In this document: positions 26,291-39,700 of the stretch, piece after piece
How positions within the stretch are numbered: position 1 is the stretch's first letter
Layout: each line of letters opens with the position of its first letter
Source of the DNA: Hormiphora californensis
Lineage: Eukaryota; Animalia; Ctenophora
Length of the DNA: 64,000 nt
NCBI GenBank assembly: GCA_020137815.1
Contig: CM035353.1
Span: 186,001 to 250,000, forward strand
Reading direction: 5' to 3'
Program-made: the position numbers and the translations under genes
The notes under the pieces: generated by a model
What the model saw: the letters and a program-made list of their open reading frames with translations, nothing else
Database searches by the model: none
Told to the model about the DNA's origin: nothing

Positions 26291-26642
26291 CTCTCTTTGT
26301 GAACTTCATTTTCGTTCTCTCATGTTTTTGCTCCAATTTTAGCTACAATTTCGTCTGTACTGCACCAGTCGCTTTTTGTGAAAAAAGTGAAACAACTACC
26401 AACACTAACTAACTATCAATTCTATATTTGCCTTGATTTTCTAGTTGTTCAAGCCTTTTTAATCGACTATTACCCCTTTAACAACATATTATGTTTATTT
26501 GTAACGATTCCGAGCTCAGTTAATCTTCAGAACAGTACATTTTAACTTATTGGCTATACCTTATTATTCGCTTATTCGTACACCTAATCGTAGTTGAAAT
26601 GTGGACTTTTTTCATTTTACAGTGGGAGTGGAACTAGTACTA

Positions 26643-26817
26643 CAGTCGGACCCCGATTTAGTGGCCCGATTTAGTGGCACCCCGATTTACTATTTAGTGG
26701 CAGGATATTTTTCCCCCGATATACGAAAATTAACATTATTTGAACCCGATTTAGTGGCACCCCGATTTAGTGGCAGGATTTTTCCCCCGAGGATGCCACT
26801 AAATCGGGGTCCGACTG
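26643..26817. mobile_element. Tc1/mariner-like MITE (TA-CAGTCGGACCCCG...CGGGGTCCGACTG-TA)
   Basis: TA flanks and CAGT termini. A shorter copy lies at 36692-36774, with diverged relatives near 29106, 34337, 45607 and 54340. Confidence 0.75.
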
Positions 26818-27531
26818 TAAATTAGTGTACAGTGGTGTAGAGACAAGTGGTACATGGGAATCAATTTGAATAACAAATAATTTCTTGGTTCAATTCAACT
26901 GAGTAATAAGAGGGGGTGGAATGTTCAATGTTTCCTAAACAGCCACACTTTTCTATGCTGTTGTTCAGCATATGGTAGAAGCGTGGGGACCGATGTTCCT
27001 TTTTTAACACACTGAGAGAGTTGTTTTGTAGGGGGGGGGGGGTGTTCCTTTTTTAACACACTGAGAGAGTTGTTTTGTAGGGGGAGAGTTGTTTTGTAAT
27101 TATCGTACATGTATTACATGTTTTGTGGGGGGCCGCTAATTATCGTACATCCATCTTTTCTAACAGGCTAGTAGAAATAATCTCGGGATGTTCATTGCAT
27201 TGCAGGATTGTATTGGGGAAATGAGCCATCTGAGTTAATATAAATTCGTCTGTGGTGACAATGTCACCGTGTTTTTCTGACTAACATGGTTCACATGTGA
27301 ATTCACTGTGTGTGTATGTTACACGCCATAACAGTAACCGCCGTATTGCTATTGTTATATGGCTCCTCTCCGTATCTAGAATATATCACGTTCATCACCA
27401 CGTTGCATGTATAACATATTGTTTGAAGGGCTTCTGGTCACGTGTACTACAAATTGTTACATATTCCCCTAACCCCGGGTTTTCTACCCTTTTTGTAGAT
27501 ATAAGCCATGATATAGAACAAAACTGGGAGT

Positions 27532-30500
27532 ATGAAACGACTGAATTCCACAGTGATAGCTGCAACTCTACTTATCTTGTTGAGTGCTGCAGTTTCAGAA
27601 GACTACTCCGATGATTATATACACACCCCTGGAAAATGCATCCTACAGGTATGTGTACAATACAATACAATACAATACAATACAATACAATACAATACAA
27701 TACAATACAATACAATACAATACAATACAATACAATACAATACAATACAATACAATACAATACAATACAATACAATACAATACAATACAATACAATACAA
27801 TACAATACAATACAATACAATACAATACAATACAATCTTAATTATTATAATAGCACGTACTATGAGAAGGTAATTGAGGTTTTTGCATAACCTAACATGT
27901 ACTAATACTTCTTCCTATATAGGGGTCTTGCAACAACTCCCTACCCTGTGCGGTCAATGGAAGTGACCCATACAGTCCTGATACAGAACACCAACAACTT
28001 CTACTGGACATCTGCCCCATGGTAATATATAGTAGCTAGGTAGTATATTTTTGTAGTAGCAATAAATTGTTAAAATGGTGGTTTGTTTGTGTATAGTAGC
28101 TAATAGGTAGCTATATTACTATTAGTATAGGTGGTTTATTTGTTTGTTTGTTTTATTTGTAATCGAAATTTGGACTATAATGCAATATGCTGCGAAGGGA
28201 AGCTCCACTTGCATTTACACACATAAAGTCATGCTATACCATATCATGGTATATTTCTATCGAGTATATATATAATTAGAAGAAAACTTATGGGGCACGG
28301 AGTTATGTGGCCTAGCCATGTTATCTTTTATCTCGACCTTAAAATTTTGGTCGAAGAGCCCCTAGTATAACGCTAAAGTTTTCACAGCGTCGACTGTGCA
28401 CGGTATAAAAGGTAATTTGAATAGGTCTCTCTGTCCCATTCTAGGGACCGGGGCAGCTGCTTCAGTAGCATGGCACTACTGTACTAGTGGTAGTGTCGGA
28501 CTAGTGGCACTACTACTAGTGGTAGTGTCGGCCCCGAGTAAAGTAACTAAAAGGGAATGTACTAAAATGGCTGTTCAGCTGTTTGAAGGTTCATTAATAA
28601 TTAGGGGAGTGCTCTCCCCACCTCTTTTGTTCATTGTTGTTAAGTTGTTAAGTTCGTCATCTGAACTACTGCAGCTGTACCAAGTTGTGTATGCTTTTTG
28701 TGTGTAACCCAAGTTCCTAACAATCAATTTCAGTACGCCAACAGTCCCAATGGTGTGTGTTGCTCCAAGGAACAACTTCTAGACTTTAAAAGCCAGTAAG
28801 TTTTAGCTTTTAGCTTCTAGACTTTTTTCGTCCATTGTCCGATTTATAAATCTGTCTCTTACTAAGAGTCTTAGGGACCACCGTCACAGTTTCCGGAATA
28901 ACGTCTATACCGCATGAATTGCTATATTGGATGGCCCAATAATAACTGCAGTGGTTGTTAACCACCCCCCCCCCCCCTACCTAGGTTAGCAGTTGTGACT
29001 CCTATCATTGGTGGATGTGAGGCCTGCATGCACGACTTTAAGGCCATTGAGTGTGGGTTCTTCTGCGACCCGGACCATTCCCAATTTGTACAGGTAGATA
29101 CAAATAACAGTTGGGCACTGATTTACCGGGGTTAACCGGGGTTCTGGTAAATCGGAGTTCTGTTAAATTGTACATATATATTCCATACCAGCGGTGTGGT
29201 CCCAATGAGGGATCTGCAGTCTGCTGCACACCATATATAATAGTGCATTGTGGATTCAATCCAGCACCTACCATATCAGTTATTAAGTATCACCCGTTAT
29301 CACCCATTAAGTATCACCAGCCCATCACCCGTTCCCCCCATGTGCAGATAACGAACGCGACGTACAATGATACTGCTGATGCGACAGTGGTATCGGGTAT
29401 CCGGTACTTCATCACAGAGGATCTCGCGGAGAGAATCTACACCGCTTGCAGGAGGGTCAAAGACACAATAACCGGTGGTATAGGTAAATTTCTTTATTCC
29501 TGATTTCTAATGATCTTTAGCTGTACATACATGGCAAAACCCTTATCTAGACTTGTTAATACGACCGGCACTGATCTCCCTTTTACCCCCCCCCCCCCCC
29601 CTGACTTGTTGAGTAACCCAGTAACCCACCCCTTTTACCCCCCCCCCCCCTGACTTGTTTAGTAACCCACCCCTTTTACCCCCCCCCCCTCTGACTTGTT
29701 TAGTAACCCAGTAACCCCTTACCCAACAACCCCCCGACAGGTATAGCGTACGTGTGTGGCTCTGCTAATTGTGACCAGGAGGAATTCTACGTCTCTCTAG
29801 GTGACAACCCTTATGTAGATTTGAAGGTTGACTTCATTGTGGACGATGAGAGTGACGTCAGCTACGTGACACCCCTCGGCGATGAGGTAATTATATATCG
29901 AATATATATAGGGCTATATTTAATAGTTGTGATGGGATGAACAAACACGGTGACAATTATGGATTCATGCCCTTTAAATCACCGAGCTACTTTATTTTGA
30001 TGGGGGTTTTCCACATGCTGCAGCGATCGCATCTTCAGTTTCATTCACATTCTAGTATTCCACCAACCATGTGTCACTGTGGTCACCACAACCAGATCCA
30101 CTACCTGCCCCACCGCGAATTCCTACCACAAAGCTTTTTCACGTGCATATGATACGTACGTCACAATATTGTGTACATTCATGTGTGCCACATACAGGAG
30201 ATCTAAAATGGGAGTGTCACTAATTGCCAATTAGTGGAACGTATGTGTCGTGTATTGCATATGCATGGGGGCATACAGTGCAGTGAGAACCACAAGTGCG
30301 TGACCACTTACCACTGAAGTTGCACAGTACGTGACTATACTGTCAGGCATTGGCGAGTACACTACTAGTTATAGCAATCATGTAGTACTATAACAGTATG
30401 CCGAAATTTACCACATATTCTAACTCTTATACTCCCACAATACTGGGAGGGTTAGGACATCTGAACAATACACTATAACCACATCATATTTTCAGTTCAT

Positions 30501-33500
30501 ATACGACTGTGACGAGGAGGTGAACAACAAGACCTGCCTGTGTACGGACTGTGACGCTAAGGTGTGCCCCGTGATTGTTGAAGATGACACTACAGTGTAC
30601 TGGCACTTCACCCTTCCTACTGGCCTGGGTATCTGGCTGGTACTAATAGTAGCAGTGGTTGTTCCTACATTCCTTCATAAACCAAGGAAAACAGCCTCCA
30701 ATAACGGTCAGTGTAGTAACAGTGTCATGCCAAGCTCCCACTGATGTCAGGTGCACCTGCACTGGCCTGTAGAGGGAGTGTTTCAATTCAGCCGCCATTT
30801 CAAATAGCCAGTCGCTACCCTATATTGTATTTGTTCAGTAGGCATGACGGATGTGAAACCTGTGGAAGGACAGCAAAACCAAGCCATCGATATGACAAGC
30901 CCTAACTTGGTAAGCGTCCTAATTCCTGCAAAGTATAATTGTGTACTGATCGATATAATGAAAAGGATCGAAAGTACCTTATAATACGCTTATAATTGTA
31001 CAATATTATATTTCCCATGTTTCCCACAGGCCGCCTCAAGAGGGAAAACGAATGGTCACGTAAGGACGAAGTAGTCTTCAGAAGCCACCAGTTGCCCCCT
31101 TTTCGCCACAACTTTCTACAGCCAGCACCGTCCACGGCCGTAAGTGTAATATTTAACTAATTAATTAAGTGTAATTAACTAATTAATCTTGTCAAATTGT
31201 TAAATTACATAACTATGAGGAAAATCGCTTCATTTGTTGTACTACAGCTGCCATTGTCATATGTTTCATGTGCTGTGGTTGTCTATATATATATTCATTT
31301 AATGTGAACCCCTAATCCCCCATGATATCATGGAACCCCCAACTAATTGATATTGGTGTATGTAACCCCTATAATGTGTCATATATATCCTATGTAGTAG
31401 TTGACGCTGAAAATGAAGATTTGATCAAATATCCAGGGACGCCACTACTGGCTTTATATCAACGTAATGATTATCAGCAACTTCAATTATATGTCTTTCG
31501 TTATTTAGGATCTCTATACTGATACCGACATAAGACGTCTTCTTAAAAAGCCTAATATTATATAATATGTTGTCTTCTGAGTGTCTTTTCCACATAGAAT
31601 ATGTCGTATATATATGTCTCTTTTATCATAATGTCCCTTGTAAAGCAAGCCTCATAATAATAGCTCTTACTTCACTGGAAACCATCTTCTGATCTTGTTG
31701 CACACCCGCCCTGGTTACCTCAAGCACGTACCCCGCCCTCAAAACCCGCCCTTTCGCCCCCAAAACCCCCGCGCCCTTTCCTCAGACGGTCCTCCCCCAA
31801 AACCCCCGCCCTTTCCTCAGATGGTCCTCCCCCAAACCTCCGCCCTTTCCTCAGACGGTCCTCACCCAAAACCCCCGCCCTTTCCTCAGACGGTCCTCCC
31901 CCAAACCTCCCCCCTTTCCTCAGACGGTCCTCCCCCAAAACCCTCGCCCCCTTTCCTCAGACGGTCGACACGAGTCCGATATGTCTTCTGATTTAATCGA
32001 TCATGACTTCGGTAATTGAGAGCAGAATGGCAATCTTACAACAAAATGCTTGATTTTATTATGTGTGGGATTGAGAGCAATATTGTGTGCGAAAGACAGG
32101 AATCGACCGAATCAGGAAATACTAGTCCCTGATTGGCTGATAACCAGTCACCTGACCTAAATAACGAGTTCTGATTGGTTGTTTACTTGTGTCGGTCGGT
32201 TCCTGGTGAAAGATTTTGAGGTTTTCAAACAAAATGAAACCCCGCCAAGATTTTCTTTCAAGCATGCAGCTATTATACTGATAAAGCATGACATCTTATT
32301 TGGTACATGTTAGTGATATAGAAGAAGGGATGGGCAAATGCGAAATAGAACACACATTTATTTGATTTCAAATAGTTGTATTATTGCAGATCTAATGTGC
32401 ATTTAATTTCGTATTTGCCCATTCCCCTACATATCATTTCTGCTTTGTTCTTTGGTTTTACAGCAATTCTCCGTTACACGGATATATGTGTGCTAACAGT
32501 GCTAACAGTACCTTGTTTACAGATCACGACGAAGCTAGGTCACTGATAACAAAGAAAGATAGTATTTTCTCATTCTGGCTAAGATGGGGCCCTCGACTCG
32601 GTAATTTACATATTTTACAGAAAATTGATGTAGCAATTATAACGGACCCTGGCCCAGCGGTCCAGTATGTTTACCAAAATATACCAGCTATATGTAATAT
32701 AATTACTAATATAACAATCCAATTCTAACAGGTGAAATGTGGTCCAATCTGATATACCGATATTGTTGGACTGTCCTGGGACTGTCAATATTTCTAGTTG
32801 CTATTTGTTGTGGAGGATGGTACAACTTCTCCATCACAACGGGTGGGTAGTAATACTATAACTATATATATAGTTAGTATAGTTAGTATAGAACGAAATG
32901 ATGTGTTTCAATTGATTCAATATATCGTGGACTAATATAGTATCAATTGATCTAAGATCTCCATATATGTGATGCCCAATGTTATGCCTAAGCATGTGTC
33001 ATGTATGAAACTAGTAAGACGATTCTACTTGCCTTTATTTGATAGCTCCTCTCCTGCCAGATCCGATCCGACTGTGGACTTCTGAGAGTAGTGTCAGTAG
33101 ACAGCAGAAGGTGGATTATGATGGTCTTTTTGGCACCTCTTACAGGGCATGTCAGATGGTGGTCAAACAGAAAAGTGACACCCTGTACAATGTAAATGGA
33201 AAGGATGTCTCTGGACTCTTTACCTCAGATAATTTGAAGAATATCTATGATATGATGAGCTATATACAAAACATAAAAGGTAGGAATATGTTAATGACAA
33301 TAGTTATAAGTATACTGATCATTATGAACCTATCTAGGAATCACATATTTATCGTTCCAGAAAATTTGACCAGGACTAACTAACCAAGTATACTTATAGT
33401 ATAGGTACATCAAGTACATCAACTACTGCATGGTTGATATGAGCTAATTAACAAGCTGTTTACCCTTCCCTGTCAGTGCCAAACCCAGATGGTAATGGGG

Positions 33501-36500
33501 ACGATGTTGAGTATTCGGATATCTGTTATAAGCCCCTTGGTGATTTCAACACCACTGATCCTGGGGAGGACTGTGCCACATTATCCATCTTCCAATGGCT
33601 TGATAATGATAGGGATGCTCTCAACGCACCCACCTCGTACATAACGGTATTACAACATTTGAGTTGCCTATATTGTGACACTTCGCTCGCTCTACAAGCA
33701 ATATATTTGCTGGTTATTATACTCGTAATAATAATCACACTCAATTATTGCCGGCCAGAATCTTCAATTACCAGCAAGAAACGTATCGCCGTCAAGACAT
33801 CTTTAAAAACCACCCACCACTGTTTACAGAAGTTTGAGAAGTGTGCCGATGCCAACCTCCTCCCTGAATGTCTGGCATCCTTCAGAGGTCCCTCCGAAAC
33901 CAAATATGTCCTGGGTAGGTACAGTTTGTGCAATTGTATTAATTACTATAATAATGTAATGTATTGACTATTGACAGAGTATAGATCTTGAGTAATGAGT
34001 CCCCTGACACTGTGCTAAAAAGAAACTATATGAACAATTCAAAGTATAGATCTTGCCTGTTTCGCTTATTATACCCAACAATTGTTTCATACCAACTGGA
34101 TCGGAAGCCAGCTGTAACACCCCACTCTATTTCCCTGCAGGTGGCTATAACGAGGAGACGTATGACTACCTCAAATCCAACTCCATCATTGTCACCTTTG
34201 CTCTGGACGGATCCACCGAGAAACTGGAATCCATATTGGCTTGGGAAACTGCCCTGAAGGATTATCTGCTGGAGCAGATCAAAGTCAAATCAGACACAAT
34301 GGACATCGCCTTTTCAACTGACCGTGCATTAGAGGTACAGTACTCGGACCCCAATTTACCGGGATGCTCGAGGGAAAGGAGTTTGCCCAGTAAATCGGGG
34401 TGCAAATACCGTTACTTTCCCATTTCGGGGAAAGTGTATCATCCCGCGTAAATCGGGGTTCCGGTAAACCGGGGCCCAGTAAATCGGTGTCCAAATTGAT
34501 GTCTTGTTGCTCCTTTATAAATAAAAATGTTTACTCCTTCATAAAACCAGCCATACCCCTTGACAGGATGAGATAGATAGAGCATCACACGCTGATGTGT
34601 TCACCATTGTACTGAGCTATATTCTAATGTTCGTGTATGTAGGTGTAACCTTAGGAGACTTTGATACATCACCAAAAGGTTGTCTTCTTAATTCAAAGGT
34701 ATGAATAACCGCGGGGAGTGAACATGATTATTATAGGGCAATCATTACAATGAGATGTGATTCTTAAAAGTTTTACATTTTGAACCATAATATCACATCC
34801 CTCTCCCTCAGGCGCTGTTAGGTGTTGGTGGAGTGATACTGGCCTTTGCCAGTGTCATCAGTGCTCTGGGGGTGACCTCCTACGCAGGTCTACCCTCCAC
34901 GCTGATCGTTATTGAAGTGGTGCCATTCCTGATTCTTGCTGTGGGTGTAGACAATGTTTACATCATGGTTCAGGGGGTTCAGAGACAGATCACAGAGAGG
35001 ATTGAGAGGGGTGAGGTACCTGATAAGGAGTCTGTGAAGGGTGTTCTAAGCTGTATGATGAGGGACACCTTTCCTTCAATGATTCTCAGTTCACTCTGTC
35101 AAATGGTAGGTGCAGTATTCACACACATTTACCCACACCCCCCTACACCCCCCTCCACCCCACCCCATCCCACCCACCCCCACCCCTCCCACCCCACCCC
35201 CTTTATTAACAAAGTATATTTCATATCCAGCTCACTCTGTCAAATGGTAGGTTTTACTAAAAACCGGGGTCCCAGTACTGTTATAACATTGATAGCATTG
35301 CTTTTCATTTTCAAGAACCAGAAAACAAACAATAGTTAACAGCTTGAATTGTATTTAGATTTTCATGTAGGTATACTTAAAAATAACAATTTAGCATCAT
35401 TAAATTATGGGATTATATTTGGCTGCCATTACAAGCTAGTAATGGCCCGTGGATAAATTTAAAAATAGCTGCGAATATTGATTTTGCGACCTCTTTTTAG
35501 TCCGGGGAAGCCGGGGGTGTATCATCGAGCTGAAGGGTTTCTTGAACCTGTTTGCTAGAGCTGCGAACCCTAGCTACTACCGCCTTCAACATTGTAAATG
35601 TGAGAAAAGTGGCTTCATGAAGAGATATTTGAACTGACAGTTTCACTATATCGCAAATAGATATATTACCCATTTGATAAAGTGCCCTACTTACAAAAGA
35701 ACAACTTCCCGCCACATTAGTACCCACCATATTCAATCTAAAACAGCTACTCGCATTATATGGCCTTGTGACAAGTAGCACTATATCATATATAATTTCA
35801 ACGAAGGAGTTGGCAACTGTCAGCATACTAATCCTTTGCCGGGCACCAGACACAAGCTTGTGGGAGGCCATGTAGTTTTTGAATGAGATTAAGAGATAGA
35901 TAACACAGCAAAACAAGCTGACCCCAAAACTAGCGAGAATGGAGGTGTTGGTGACTATTGTCCTAGTGAGCTGCCGGTCTTGGAAGAAACATAGTGAGTG
36001 ACGGTTGTAAGCCTCGATGACAAACCAACCCGTGAACACGGTTGTGAAGAGAAATACAAGACACCAACATGAAACTGCAGCAGCACGAACAATAGTATTT
36101 TTGTGAATTCTAAACTTCAGCGGGAACGCGATCATATAAATTTGAAACACATACACATTGATAGAGCTAAGCTTGAAAGCTCCTAAGCTGCATTGTGTCA
36201 AGATAAGCATGATAGGTTTAAGAAACAAGTAGCGGGAAGGTATGTAAAAGTGCAACACACATCCACAAAGAAGTGATCCGTTAACAAAGCACCAAAAGGG
36301 CTGGTTACATCGTAACAATCTCAGTGTCCAATTCTCTCTCTTTGTAAACCTCAACAGAAAGGTGATGGCAGACATTATCACCATGACAGCAGGGTAACCT
36401 AGCCATATCAGGAGCTCAGTGACAGGAAAGACAATGGAATCTGTCCTATCCGGTACAGCACCATTGTAATCTATTGTTGAGTTCACAAGGAATGCGGTCA

Positions 36501-39500
36501 TCTTGTTCCAGGCTTCAGTGCCGTCCAGTTCCTCTACCAGCTCAGCGGATAGGAGGATTACTGTAGCAAATACCCCCAGAGAAGGGTATGTCATGTTGAT
36601 CGCTGCTACCCCCTGGCCGTCCTCAAGTAGCTTTCTTGCGTCCTGGGAGGATATCAGACATGTATGGTGTAATGACTAATGACACGTTATACAGTCGGAC
36701 CCCGATTTAGTGGCACCCCGATTTAGTGGCAGGATTTTTCCCCCCGAGGATGCCACTAAATCGGGGTCCGACTGTACTAATAAAAGAACCTAGCTGCTAC
36801 TGAATTACATATACTGCATCCTACCCATTGGTCAATACGTTCTCCATTCACATCCAGAATCACCTCCGCTATCTCGTTATTACTCCACAGCCCACCATGA
36901 TTCTCCTCAACACTTGATAGGTTCCTCAGTCCAGAAATTATCGAATCCAACTCAGCGTTTATCATGACTTATATACACAAGCTAAAATAGTATGTACTGT
37001 CTGACGGCGCCGACCAGATCTGAGCGCAATTGCTGTCGCAGCTGTTTTAATAATTTAACGGGGTCTAGCGGCACCTGACTGCTAATGTAAAGGTTATCAG
37101 TTCGTGGTATAGGTTTACAAATGGAGGTTTAGTGTAATAAAAGGATATAATCCCTCAATGGGTCCAATAATAACTATAAAAGCAATAAATATAGTCTGAT
37201 CGCAACACTTGCATCGCTCGACGCTCGTTCTTTTAAATATTCAACCACACTTTAAATATTCAACGACAACCCAAAAAGTTACAAAGGAATACAAATTGTA
37301 ATGACAATGCCCTGCAGCCTACGTAGTTGTACAAAGAGCAGCTGGCCTCCATCACGAGCAATTTGAAATAATTTAAATCAACCTGCTAACTAAATACCTA
37401 AAGTTTCTTGCTGTTGCGGTTCATAGCTGTTATTTGGCGTGACCCGCTCAATGAATTTATTAACCAACACAACTGCAACTGCACAAGTAAAGCCTTAAGT
37501 TGCTGTTGTTCATCAATAATTTATTGAAGTCAGAACTCAGAATATGCATTTAGTTTCTAGTCACGCCCAGGTCACCCACCCAACCACCACAAAGTCCACC
37601 CACCCCACGATCCACCCCCATCCACCCACCCCACGGTCCACCCGGGTGCACCCACCTTATAATACCTATCCCATCCATCCACCCACACCCATATATCTTG
37701 CTCTAACAAAGTATAATTCCTATCCAGATCGCATTTGCCCTGGGATCCCTCTCCTTCATGCCTTCCGTCCAGAACTTTGCCTACAACGCAACTATAGCCC
37801 TGTTTCTCAACTTCCTGTTCCAAACAACGCTCTTCCTTATTCTTCTCCGCCTGGACCTTACTCGACATCTTACCGGCAGGTTAGTGTTTTCTTTTTCTGT
37901 TTGTTGGGGGGAAGGAAGTTAGTGCCATACTGCCATAATATATTGGTAACGAAATCACCCCTCGTGGTTGTAAGGCACGGTTTTAGCGCGTGCCCGCATG
38001 GTAGGGGCAATTTCGTTACCGAGCCATAACACAAGTGTTTGGGGGCAAAATTGTCAGACTTTGATTTTGGTTCACGTATAATATGTTATTACCGACACTC
38101 CTCCCTCTCCCTTGCAGGCTGGATGTGTTATGCTGTGTAAAGACAAAGCTGGTGAAACCAAGACGGGGGCCCTGCAGGTGGTTTGTCGAGGAGTTTTGGT
38201 CAAAGTTCCTATTTCTCAGCAAGTGGATCCCCTCTCTCATTCTCATCATTTTTGGAGGGTTTACCATCGCCAATGTCATGCTCATCCCCGAGATAAAACT
38301 TGGCTTGGAGCCAACAATGGCTCTCCCGGTGGATTCCTATCTGATTGACTATTACAACATAGCCTACAATGACTACCGGGTCGGTCCGGGGGTCAGTTTC
38401 GTGTTCAAATCCCGGAGTGGTGATCCGCTTGACATTTACAGTGCGGACGTCTTTGAGGAGCTGGTTGGGGGTAAGAATTCCCTGAGACAGACAATAGCGA
38501 AATACGATGTCAGCGCAAGTTACCAGTACATTAAGGGTGAGGGTAGTTTTATGACAGCCTACGAGGATGATTGGCTGGATAATAGGGAGTGTTGTTGGAA
38601 TAGCACGGTGGCAGAGTTCTGTCCTAGTATAGGGGATAGATCGGGGTGTGGGGAGTGTCCTCAAAAGGGGATGACACGGGATGAGAGGTATGCTTATCTG
38701 CGGTGGTTCCTTCAAGATATACCACGAACCGATGGTAGTGGATGCAGTTCAGGTAAATATATACCGCCCCCCCCCCCCCCCCCCCCGGGGTAAATGTTAT
38801 ACCGCCCGCTGTCAGGCCAATGCTCTGAGTCTGACAGACCGCCCGGGGGTGACCCATCAATTGGTGGGGGGATCTCGAGAGCAATTAGACCCTATGTTTA
38901 TACTTTTCCTACACATCAAATTAGGTAGCTAATTTATTGTTCAATAGTTCCAATTCCCTCACTCTCTTTAACTCAACTCTCTCTCTACCTCAGGTGGAGC
39001 AGTGTCCTATTCCACAGCAGTTGTGTTCTCGTCCGACAACACATCTCTGTTGGCAGGCCGGTTCACATCCTCTCACGGCGTCCTCCCCACCTCCGCCGCG
39101 TTTATTGCAGCCCGACAACAGGCCATGGCTCTAGCAGACGAAGTGAATGCCAACAACAAGTTGATAGATGTGTACGCCTACAGTAGCTACTACCCCTTCT
39201 ATGAGCAATATGACACAATCATAAGGGAATGTGGAATTAATCTGGTTGTAACTGTGATAGCAACCTTCTTGGTGGCTACTGTACTTCTTGGATTCAACTG
39301 GTACGCCTCTCTGTGTATCATGTTGTCTGTCACAATGTGTGCTGTGGATATGATCGGATCCATGGTGTATTTGGACATACCTCTCAACGCTATATCTCTT
39401 GTCAACCTTCTCCTCTCCGTGGGAATAGCAGTGGAATTCTCAGCTAACATTGTCCAGGCATTCACGGTGAGCACGGCAGGCACGTCACGAGTAGCACGTG

Positions 39501-39700
39501 CACGTGATGCCCTGATAAGGACAGGACCTGCCATTATCTCTGGTATTGCCATGACAAACTTTGTAGGGGTGGTCATCTTGGCAGCGGCAAAGAGTCAGTT
39601 GTTCGTTGTTTTTTATTTCCGTATGTTCTTCACCATAAACTGTTTGTGTGTTGCCCACACCATTCTCTTCTTACCGGCATTCTTGGCCTTTCTTGGGTGA
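27532..39700 (+). CDS. NPC1: NPC1-family (Niemann-Pick C1-like) sterol transporter, ~1235 aa
   Basis: Phase-consistent exons 27532-27648, 27923-28021, 28734-28795, 28985-29093, 29348-29483, 29741-29886, 30496-30706, 31961-32011, 32523-32600, 32732-32842, 33061-33279, 33477-33646, 33830-33914, 34141-34334, 34567-34698, 34812-35105, 37728-37879, 38118-38752, 38994-39700. Motifs: Cys-rich NTD (CEAC...CGFFCDPDHSQF; CLCTDC), ITTDPIRLW, SSD (EVVPFLILAVGVDN), YPFYEQY, LNAISLVNL..SVGIAVEF. Extra loop exons near 30838-31139 are possible. NPC1 versus a paralog is not resolved. Confidence 0.92.
27657..27836. repeat. (TACAA)n microsatellite in NPC1 intron 1
   Basis: Directly visible. Confidence 0.95.
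31772..31966 (+). repeat. ~35-bp tandem repeat, 6 copies of CTTTCCTCAG|AYGGTC (acceptor plus exon start)
   Basis: AGs end at 31785, 31820, 31854, 31889, 31923 and 31960. Confidence 0.85.
32097..32205. mobile_element. 109-bp hAT-type MITE (CAGGAAYCGACCGA TIR family)
   Basis: Near-TSD GCGAAAGA/GTGAAAGA. Copies at 62701-62809; partial copies at ~7790-7908, ~12538-12652, ~14527-14616. Confidence 0.8.
35497..36594 (-). CDS. Intronless multi-pass (7TM, divergent GPCR-like) protein nested antisense in an NPC1 intron
   Basis: 365-aa ATG-started ORF with an N-terminal hydrophobic segment and about seven TM-like stretches. YMIAFPLKFR resembles the post-TM3 'I..PLRY' segment, but there is no canonical DRY or NPxxY. 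Lies in intron 35106-37727. Confidence 0.7.
   Translation of the reverse strand: MTYPSLGVFATVILLSAELVEELDGTEAWNKMTAFLVNSTIDYNGAVPDRTDSIVFPVTELLIWLGYPAVMVIMSAITFLLRFTKRENWTLRLLRCNQPFWCFVNGSLLCGCVLHFYIPSRYLFLKPIMLILTQCSLGAFKLSSINVYVFQIYMIAFPLKFRIHKNTIVRAAAVSCWCLVFLFTTVFTGWFVIEAYNRHSLCFFQDRQLTRTIVTNTSILASFGVSLFCCVIYLLISFKNYMASHKLVSGARQRISMLTVANSFVEIIYDIVLLVTRPYNASSCFRLNMVGTNVAGSCSFVSRALYQMGNISICDIVKLSVQISLHEATFLTFTMLKAVVARVRSSSKQVQETLQLDDTPPASPD

Noticed and set aside
26380-26432. Possible spliced-leader RNA gene
   Set aside because: An A/C-rich stretch only; no leader-donor junction or Sm site recognised.
27436-27445. CLEAR-like GTCACGTG upstream of NPC1
   Set aside because: Imperfect, and CACGTG motifs are frequent across this window, so specificity is unsupported.
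30838-31139. Additional NPC1 loop exons
   Set aside because: Splice signals look plausible, but I could not join them in phase to the next exon with strong sites; left out pending cDNA.
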